The notes beneath the pieces are model-generated. The model worked only from the letters and a program-made list of their open reading frames with translations. It was not told where the DNA came from and made no database searches. From contig CAZIBI010000006.1 in the NCBI GenBank assembly GCA_964537215.1, positions 55,221 to 119,220 of the forward strand: a DNA stretch of 64,000 nucleotides. Direction: 5' to 3'. The position numbers and the translations under genes were made by a program. Below, piece after piece: positions 57,022-64,000 of the stretch. The DNA comes from an uncultured Ignavibacteria bacterium (lineage in GTDB: Bacteria; Zixibacteria; MSB-5A5; CAIYYT01). How positions within the stretch are numbered: the first letter of the stretch is position 1; each line of letters begins with the position of its first letter.

Positions 57022-58059
57022 TCATTTCAACACCACTTCCCGCTTTCCTTTGACAATCTCGCCTACAACAAAGGCTTTGGTCTTTTGCGAATTGAGAATC
57101 CGCAACGCCTCTTCAACATGCTTCTTGCGCAATACGATCATCAGGCCGATGCCCATATTGAACGCCTCGAACATTTCCTTTTCGTCGATCATGCCATTGC
57201 GTTGCATGTAGTCAAACAGCATCGGCACTTTCCAGCACGACAGGTCGATTTCTGCGCGGCAGTTCTTCGGCAACACCCGCACCAGATTCCCGGGAATTCC
57301 CCCGCCGGTGATATGCGCCATGCCGTGAATTTTCACCGCAGCGCGCAGCTTCGACACCGGCTTAAGATAGCAGCGATGCACCGCCATCAACGCCTCCGCG
57401 ACAGTGCACTTGAGTTCCGGAATCCGGTCGCTCGGTTTCAGTTCCAGCGTATCGAAGAATAACTTCCGCGCCAATGAATAGCCGTTCGTGTGCAATCCGC
57501 TTGATTCCAGACCGATAATCATGTCGCCCGGCTTGATCCCGCTGCCGTCGACAATCTCGCTGCGGTCGACTACACCGACGATAAATCCCGCGAGATCATA
57601 TTCGTTGTCCTGGTAGAATCCCGGCATCTCGGCGGTCTCGCCGCCGATCAAGGAACATCCGTTCTGCTTGCAAGCGACCGCCATGCCCGAGATCACATCC
57701 GCTACGACAGCGGGGCTTAGTTTGCCGGTTGCAAAATAATCGAGAAAGTAGAGCGGTCTTGCCCCCATCACCAGAATGTCGTTGACGCAATGATTGACCA
57801 GATCCTGCCCGACGGTGTCGTGCTTGCCGGTCATGAACGCCAACTTCAGTTTCGTGCCGACGCCGTCCGCGGACGACACCAACACCGGGTTCTTCATCCC
57901 CTTGAATCGGCCGTCAAACAATCCGCCGAATCCGCCGATTCCGTTCAGCACCGCCGGCGTGTAGGTTTTTCGCACCAGCTTCTTGATCCGCCCCATCGCG
58001 TCATCGCCTGAAGCGATATCGACGCCCGCATCCTTGTAGGTTAGTCCGGTCGAACTCAC
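57022..58059 (-). CDS. purM: Phosphoribosylformylglycinamidine cyclo-ligase
   Basis: YKDAGVDI, DGVGTK, GGETAEMPG, GLHTNGYSL and HITGGG. Confidence 0.97.
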   Translation of the reverse strand: MSSTGLTYKDAGVDIASGDDAMGRIKKLVRKTYTPAVLNGIGGFGGLFDGRFKGMKNPVLVSSADGVGTKLKLAFMTGKHDTVGQDLVNHCVNDILVMGARPLYFLDYFATGKLSPAVVADVISGMAVACKQNGCSLIGGETAEMPGFYQDNEYDLAGFIVGVVDRSEIVDGSGIKPGDMIIGLESSGLHTNGYSLARKLFFDTLELKPSDRIPELKCTVAEALMAVHRCYLKPVSKLRAAVKIHGMAHITGGGIPGNLVRVLPKNCRAEIDLSCWKVPMLFDYMQRNGMIDEKEMFEAFNMGIGLMIVLRKKHVEEALRILNSQKTKAFVVGEIVKGKREVVLK

Positions 58060-58757
58060 TGCAATTTGTATCCGTTAATATCCAATTCAAACTTCATCTT
58101 CAAGTGCAGCGCCGCGTTGCGGCACATCACCATGCGGCTTAAGAATATCTCAAAGTAGTCCATCACCGAAGCCACTGTATCATCAATCGTGATTTCCAGC
58201 GTGATCGTCTCCCGCTCCGGATCGACCCGCAAGAACGACGACTTCGCCGCATAGTTCACGCGGTCGTGGATGTCCGAGCCGATCTGATCCAAATTCCGCA
58301 CCCGCGAGGAGTGCACATCCGATTTATCCGCCAAAATCACGGCCGCCGCAATATCCGAAACCGGCGGCGACTCGATATCGTCATGGTTTCCAATCGCAGC
58401 CGCAACATCAATCGCTTCCTCGGCCGACATGCCCATATTGTGAAGCAGGGTGTATGCCGCCATCGCTCCGGTCTGCGCATGAAACAGTCGGTTGATGGCG
58501 TTGCCGGTGTCGTGCAAATACGCTGCAATCGCCGCCAATTGGCAAACGCGTTCCGGACGTCCGAGACGTTCCAGCACATTGAAAGCGATCTTTGAGACTA
58601 GTTTGCAGTGGCGCAGTCCGTGTTCGGTATAGCCCTGGCGTCCGAGATAATAATCCGCCTTAACGATCCAGGCCGTGACCTCTTCGTTGTGCATCACTTT
58701 GTCAATTGTCACGAGTCGTTCGTTTGCCGAAACTTTGTCCATCTTTGCGTCCTTCAT
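58056..58757 (-). CDS. HD-domain phosphohydrolase
   Basis: TEHG.RH, YLHDTGN, GNHD and LADKSD. Start could be 58757 or 58742. Confidence 0.85.
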   Translation of the reverse strand: MKDAKMDKVSANERLVTIDKVMHNEEVTAWIVKADYYLGRQGYTEHGLRHCKLVSKIAFNVLERLGRPERVCQLAAIAAYLHDTGNAINRLFHAQTGAMAAYTLLHNMGMSAEEAIDVAAAIGNHDDIESPPVSDIAAAVILADKSDVHSSRVRNLDQIGSDIHDRVNYAAKSSFLRVDPERETITLEITIDDTVASVMDYFEIFLSRMVMCRNAALHLKMKFELDINGYKLQ

Positions 58758-58810
58758 GCGTAGGTGTTGGAAGTTACTGACAACAAGCGAGTTGTCAAGC
58801 ACCAATCTTC

Positions 58811-61210
58811 TTACATCATATCGACAGGATCGACATCAACGATTACATGCACTTTCAGATTCGCCAGCAATTCTTTCGAATTGACGATTTCCCCTACAAT
58901 CGGCGTCACTCGCCGGACACTGCGCGTCTTCAGCAGCAAGTGAAACCGGTACAGTTCCTTGAGCTTTTGTATCGGCGCCGGAACCGGTCCTTGAACGCTG
59001 CAGAGTTTGCCCAATTTTGCCGGCAGCTGCTCCCCGAGCTCAATCGCAGTCTTTTGCGCCAAACTCGCATCCTTTGATTCTACGGCAATCAAGATCAAAT
59101 GCGCAAACGGCGGAAAACGCAATTCTTCGCGGTCGGAGATTTCCGACTCGTAGAATCCTTTGAAATCCTGTTCGGCCGCTAGAACAATCGTCGGATCGGT
59201 CGAATGCAGAGTTTGCAATATCACCTTACCCGGAAAATTCAATCGCCCGGCGCGTCCCGAGGCCTGCGTCAATAGTTGAAATGCCCGCTCGCGCGCGCGA
59301 AAATCCGGCAATTCCAAAGTCGTGTCGGCGGTGATGATCCCCACCAGCGCAACGTCGGGAAAATCAAATCCTTTCGAAATCATCTGCGTCCCGAGCAGCA
59401 CCTTTGCTGCACCCGATTTAAACTTCATGTAAATTTCGCGGAAACTCCCCTGTTTGCGCGTCGAGTCAAGATCCATGCGCAAAACCGGCACCTCCGGCAT
59501 CCGCCGACGCAATTCCTCTTCCATTTTTTCCGTCCCAATCCCGCGATATAAGAACAGATTGCTCTTGCAGCCCGGACATTTGTCCGGATACGATTCCTGG
59601 TGCCCGCACATGTGGCAAAGCATGCGATTGCGCCCCTTGTGATACACTAACGCCACCGCGCAGTTCTTGCACGACAACTTATTTCCGCAACTGTAGCAAT
59701 GCACCGAGGGCGCAAATCCGCGTCGATTAAGCAGCAACATCACTTGTCCGTTTTGTTCAAGCGAATTCTTCATGCCATCAATCAACACATCGCTCAAATA
59801 GCCGCCGCCCTTCTGCTCGAAGGACTTTTTCAGATCGACAATTTCCACCGCCGGCAAACTGCGTCCGTCTACGCGTTCCGGCAACTCCAGCAACGCGTAC
59901 TTGCCCGATTTCGCATTGTAGTAACTCTCTACCGAAGGTGTCGCTGAACCGAGCACAACCGTCGCACCGAGCTTTTGCGCCCGATATACCGCCAGATCGC
60001 GCGCGCTGTAGCGCGGCGCCGGCGAAGCCTGTTTGTAGGCGCCGTCATGTTCCTCGTCGACAACGATTAGTCCCAAATTCGGAAACGGCGTGAAAATCGC
60101 CGACCGCGGCCCGAGCACGATCTGAAGCTTGCCCGACCGCGCCTTGTTCCAGATTTCGTAACGCGAACGCGCAGTCAGCCGCGAGTGAATGAGACCAAGC
60201 GATGCGCCGAATATGTTCTCGAGGCGCAAATAAATCGCCTGTGCCAATCCAATCTCCGGAACCAGCACGATTGCCTGCTTGCCTAACTTGACGGCATGTT
60301 GAATCGCAGCAACATAGACTTCTGTCTTCCCCGAACCGGTTACGCCATGCAGCAAAAACGGTTGAAATTTGCCGCCGCTGATCGCCGCATTCATTGCGGC
60401 AATCGACTCTGCCTGGGCCGCCGTCGGATTGAACTCGCGCGGCGCCTTCGGTTTGACCGGCTCGATGAACGGCGGCTTCTCCGCAATTCGCAGCGCTCCG
60501 GCTGATGCCAGGTCGCGCACTTGCTTCGATGTCAACCGATGCGCCTTGCGCCATTCGGTCAGGTCGGCAATCCCCCACTCTTTCAAGTAAGCCACCGCTG
60601 CGTTCTCGCGTTCGGTTAACTCGACTTCAAGCGCCTCCCCAATAACATGCTCTACCTGGTAGTCCGCTTCCTTCAATCGCGTCGACTGCACATTCCAGTC
60701 GATCTCGATTGCACCGGCTGCCAACAATTCTTCAATCTCCTTGCGTTTGTATGCCTGCAAATGATGCGCGGCAATGATCGCCTTCCCCCGCGACTTCGTC
60801 TGAATAAACGCCGCCAGCGCGTTCCCCTTTGCTGCCATTTCCGCAAGACGCTCGCGCGCGACAATCTGCACGCGCTGCGACAACTGCGAAGTCAACGGTT
60901 GCGGCAGCAGCGCCCTAATCGTCTCACCCAGCGGCGCCAAATAGTAATCCGCCACAAACCTGCACATGGCGAGATCTTCCGGCGAAATCACTGCCTGCAA
61001 ATCGGGAAATGAATCCACCGCCCGTGTTGCACCGGCAAATTCAGCCGCTATGCCTGTCACCACGCCAAGCTGCTTGCGTTTGGCCAGCGGCACAATGACG
61101 CGGCGGCCAAGCAAGTCTTCACTCTGCAAATCGTCGGGAATATGATACGTCAGCGGGCGCTTGATCGATCCAAACAAGCAAACTTCTACGAGCATCCGTG
61201 CCTTTTGCAT
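58811..61210 (-). CDS. priA: Primosomal protein N' (replication restart helicase)
   Basis: GVTGSGKTEVY, VPEIGL, DEEH, SATPS, RRGF, Cys-rich Zn motifs and GTQMISKG. Confidence 0.96.
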   Translation of the reverse strand: MQKARMLVEVCLFGSIKRPLTYHIPDDLQSEDLLGRRVIVPLAKRKQLGVVTGIAAEFAGATRAVDSFPDLQAVISPEDLAMCRFVADYYLAPLGETIRALLPQPLTSQLSQRVQIVARERLAEMAAKGNALAAFIQTKSRGKAIIAAHHLQAYKRKEIEELLAAGAIEIDWNVQSTRLKEADYQVEHVIGEALEVELTERENAAVAYLKEWGIADLTEWRKAHRLTSKQVRDLASAGALRIAEKPPFIEPVKPKAPREFNPTAAQAESIAAMNAAISGGKFQPFLLHGVTGSGKTEVYVAAIQHAVKLGKQAIVLVPEIGLAQAIYLRLENIFGASLGLIHSRLTARSRYEIWNKARSGKLQIVLGPRSAIFTPFPNLGLIVVDEEHDGAYKQASPAPRYSARDLAVYRAQKLGATVVLGSATPSVESYYNAKSGKYALLELPERVDGRSLPAVEIVDLKKSFEQKGGGYLSDVLIDGMKNSLEQNGQVMLLLNRRGFAPSVHCYSCGNKLSCKNCAVALVYHKGRNRMLCHMCGHQESYPDKCPGCKSNLFLYRGIGTEKMEEELRRRMPEVPVLRMDLDSTRKQGSFREIYMKFKSGAAKVLLGTQMISKGFDFPDVALVGIITADTTLELPDFRARERAFQLLTQASGRAGRLNFPGKVILQTLHSTDPTIVLAAEQDFKGFYESEISDREELRFPPFAHLILIAVESKDASLAQKTAIELGEQLPAKLGKLCSVQGPVPAPIQKLKELYRFHLLLKTRSVRRVTPIVGEIVNSKELLANLKVHVIVDVDPVDMM

Positions 61211-61282
61211 ACTAACACAATATACGCAATCCGATTACCTTACTCCAAGACATCATGTTGCCGGCAAATTTACGGATGTTTT

Positions 61283-61316
61283 CCCTCTCCCCCTGGGAGA
61301 GGGTGAGGGTGAGGGC
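61283..61316 (+). repeat. REP-like palindrome CCCTCTCCC-CCT-GGGAGAGGG with GGGTGAGGG tail
   Basis: 9-bp stem. Third copy of the family. Confidence 0.8.
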
Positions 61317-61378
61317 ACCCCCCAAGCAAAAACGGGAGCGCATCGCACTCCCGTTTCTTCGTCATCTATTCAATTCGT

Positions 61379-62650
61379 CTATTTGGCTTCGCACTTCGCC
61401 GCAGCATCCTGCGCTTCAGTCTTCAGACCCTTGCGTGCATAAAGAATGCTCAACTGGCACCAGCAATCTTTGAACTTGTCGTCCGCAGCAACGCACTTCT
61501 TGTACGCCTCAAACGACTCATCCTGCTTTTCCAGGAAATAGGCCGTATTGCCATACCAGTACCAATACAGCGGCTCTTTATCGTTGCCTTCGGCTGCCAT
61601 CTTGAAATCAGCCAGCGCTTTCTCATTGAAGGCCTGGCGATACTTCACTATGGACTCTTTGGCTGCCTTGAGACCCGCATCGTTCGGCTTGAGTTCCAGC
61701 AAACTGTCGAGCTTCGCCGTCGAATCGCGCAGTTCCGGTGCGGATGCATTTCGAACCTGCATCACTCCGCGCTGATATCGAATCTCCGAGTTCGCCGGAT
61801 TGACTTCCAAGATCCGGTCAAGCGTCTTCTCTAACGCAACATTATCGTTCAACTGCTGGTAGGCCATTGCCTGATTAATATAGGCCGCTTCCGCGTTCGC
61901 CTTGTCCAAGTCGCCGAACTCGCCGTAGTAGCGCGCGGCATTGGCGTAGTCCTTTTGCTCGAAGTATGTGTTGGCAAGATCATAAACCATCATCGCATCA
62001 GTCGGATTAAGCTTGTAGCTGCGCTGATAATGCTCAAGCGCCTTGTCGACATTGCCCAGCTTCTTCTCGATCAAAGCCAAATTCGTCCAGACGCCCGGAA
62101 TCGTGTCGTCGATAATCACGCATTCGTTGAAAAGCCCTTCCGCCTTTGTCAGAAGCTGCTTCACGATATCGGCTTGCTTCGTCTTAACCGAATCCACCGT
62201 TTCCGTCTCGATCAACTTCGACACCGAATCGGCATGCCGAATCTGCGACACACCCTGGTCAAAGCCGCGCTTTAGCTCCGCGACCTTGGTGTCATTAATC
62301 TGCTTCGGCATATTGTCTTTTTCGCAGCGTTTCGCCAGTTTCTTATCGGCGTCTTTCGCTTCCTTCGAACAAATAGCGTCGAATTTGCGGAAATGATCCA
62401 TCATCTTCGTATATTCAGCCTTTTCCGCATAAATCAAGCCCATGTAATAATGCGCTTCAAGCGGATCCGGATAATTGTCAATCGCGGTTTGCAGCAGCTC
62501 GATCACGTGATCGTAATCCTTGTTCTTCTGACCGAGATAAATCTTGGACGAGCGAATCAGCGCGTCGTAAGGCAATACTTCCTTCGCCTGTTGCGCATAT
62601 CCGCTGGCCGCAAGGCAAAGCAGCAGTATCCCGACTAATATTCTCTTCAT
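61379..62650 (-). CDS. Secreted tetratricopeptide repeat protein
   Basis: Signal peptide MKRILVG...GYA and several TPR-pattern helices. GGAGG RBS before ATG 62650. Confidence 0.8.
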   Translation of the reverse strand: MKRILVGILLLCLAASGYAQQAKEVLPYDALIRSSKIYLGQKNKDYDHVIELLQTAIDNYPDPLEAHYYMGLIYAEKAEYTKMMDHFRKFDAICSKEAKDADKKLAKRCEKDNMPKQINDTKVAELKRGFDQGVSQIRHADSVSKLIETETVDSVKTKQADIVKQLLTKAEGLFNECVIIDDTIPGVWTNLALIEKKLGNVDKALEHYQRSYKLNPTDAMMVYDLANTYFEQKDYANAARYYGEFGDLDKANAEAAYINQAMAYQQLNDNVALEKTLDRILEVNPANSEIRYQRGVMQVRNASAPELRDSTAKLDSLLELKPNDAGLKAAKESIVKYRQAFNEKALADFKMAAEGNDKEPLYWYWYGNTAYFLEKQDESFEAYKKCVAADDKFKDCWCQLSILYARKGLKTEAQDAAAKCEAK

Positions 62651-62732
62651 TGTATGATCCTCCTCCAAGTGAACTTCGTCACAATCTTCGCAGCGAAGCT
62701 AATCATTCGCACAAACCATGTCAAAGAGTTTG

Positions 62733-64000
62733 TTAGTTGTTGTAACGTATCCGGAACTTGAGTACCGCCTCCTGATCAGCCTTCGCTGGAACCGTAAACT
62801 CAAGTCGTTGAGCCGTTTTCTTGACATACTCGAAATTCGACTCAAGCACCTGCCAGTCGCCGTAAAGTCCATACCGGACCACAACTGTGACATCTTCCGT
62901 CTTCCGATTGCGCAACTTGACCTCGACCGTTTCCTCACGAACCCGGTCGGAAATTCTCCGCGAATCAACAATTGCCGTTTCTGCCACGATGTCGAAGGCA
63001 TTGCCGACGCGTAATTCGACTTCTTCATTCTTTGGCGTATGATCGATCTGATCTTCCCCGACAAACTCCTCCGAACCGTCGCTGTCGAGCTTGGTCATCC
63101 GAATCTTACCTGCCGGAAGTGGCATTCCCAACCCGCCTGCTTCGGTATTCTTGAACGATACCGCCACATTGACATTATTCGAACCCGGCATAGCGTCGTA
63201 ACGATAGAGCTTCTTCACAGCCGTAGCCGCCGGTTCAAACAAACTCACTTGCTTGGTTTCGTTGTCTCCGATGGTTGTTTGTCGTCCAAGAGTGTAAAGG
63301 TGATACTCAAAAAACGACTTTTCCTCAAATCCCTGCATCGCGTCTGCCGCCATCATTTCCTGTGCCCTGCCGCCTTTGGCGTACATCGGCGCCGGCATCA
63401 CGCGATTGATATCACCGGCCACTAACTTGAGTTTGGCATCCTTGTAAGTCTTGCCGGATTGATTGTCGAGCGAAACCCATCCTGACAGTCGCAGATTCTT
63501 GTCATCCTTGTCCAACTGCGCGACATATTCGGCGTGCCAACTGATGTTGCTCGTCAGGTAGCTGATTTCCGCCTCGCGTTTGCCGCTCACGTCGCTGTCA
63601 ATCAACCACTCGAGCGTCGGCGTGACAATCAGCCCTTCCGGTAGTTTCGGCGCGGTGACTGACAACATCTCGAGCGAGTTGATCATCCGCACCGCGCCGT
63701 CGTTAAGCGCCAGCACCATGTATCCCGACGACAGCGACAAAAATCTGCCGCTGACGACATCACCGTTCTTCAACACGATATCAATTGTATTGCCGAGATA
63801 CTTCTGCAGAATTTTGTCGGAGGATACTAAGTCATACTGATAGTTCTGTTCCAGCAACTCGACCTTGTCCGAGCCGCGCATCTTGAAATGCACCGATGTC
63901 GGATCAATCGCAGCCGCAACATCTGTCAGCCGCATACGGTTAGAGCCTTTCTGGAAATCCAGCGTTCGCCCTTCTTTTACCAATGCCAAATTTTGATTGT
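62733..64000 (-). CDS. DUF4139-domain protein (5' end lies beyond the window)
   Basis: NQNLALV, LLEQNYQYDL, SWHAEY, KLVAGD, EYHLY and LPAGKIR. The frame stays open to the window edge. Confidence 0.75.
   Translation of the reverse strand, partial: NQNLALVKEGRTLDFQKGSNRMRLTDVAAAIDPTSVHFKMRGSDKVELLEQNYQYDLVSSDKILQKYLGNTIDIVLKNGDVVSGRFLSLSSGYMVLALNDGAVRMINSLEMLSVTAPKLPEGLIVTPTLEWLIDSDVSGKREAEISYLTSNISWHAEYVAQLDKDDKNLRLSGWVSLDNQSGKTYKDAKLKLVAGDINRVMPAPMYAKGGRAQEMMAADAMQGFEEKSFFEYHLYTLGRQTTIGDNETKQVSLFEPAATAVKKLYRYDAMPGSNNVNVAVSFKNTEAGGLGMPLPAGKIRMTKLDSDGSEEFVGEDQIDHTPKNEEVELRVGNAFDIVAETAIVDSRRISDRVREETVEVKLRNRKTEDVTVVVRYGLYGDWQVLESNFEYVKKTAQRLEFTVPAKADQEAVLKFRIRYNN

Noticed and set aside
1-64000. 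tRNA, rRNA, tmRNA, RNase P or SRP RNA genes
   Set aside because: No cloverleaf or signature motifs were recognised by eye. A covariance-model scan would be needed to exclude them fully.

Overview
This is a ~56% GC chromosomal window from a diderm bacterium. The cohesin/dockerin proteins, FlgD/T9SS-like C-terminal domain, gingipain-like peptidase and eukaryote-type kinases suggest an FCB-related lineage such as candidate phylum Zixibacteria (inference only). Housekeeping content: glyQS, hutU, purL, rpmB, purM, priA, lnt and a near-complete dcw cluster (mraZ-rsmH-ftsL-ftsI-murE-murF-mraY-murD-ftsW-murG-murC-ftsQ-ftsA-ftsZ) without murB or ddl. Accessory content: (1) a low-GC stand-alone OLD-family ATPase-TOPRIM nuclease that splits a REP hairpin and is bounded by a 9-bp direct repeat; (2) three secreted, enzyme-free proteins each carrying both a cohesin-like domain and dockerin domain(s), next to a secreted S74 fibre with an exact 78-nt internal repeat; (3) three Ser/Thr kinases; (4) a free-standing ~170-nt structured RNA candidate with its own promoter; (5) a coupled lnt-PorZ-like-GNAT-GT4-GT4-GT2 run converging on a C25 peptidase. 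Smaller oddities are an apparent ACG start for rsmH, an AT-rich patch inside mraY and a Lys-rich tail on FtsL. No tRNA, rRNA, CRISPR array, transposase or integrase was recognised. All family calls come from motifs read by eye; no database search was run.
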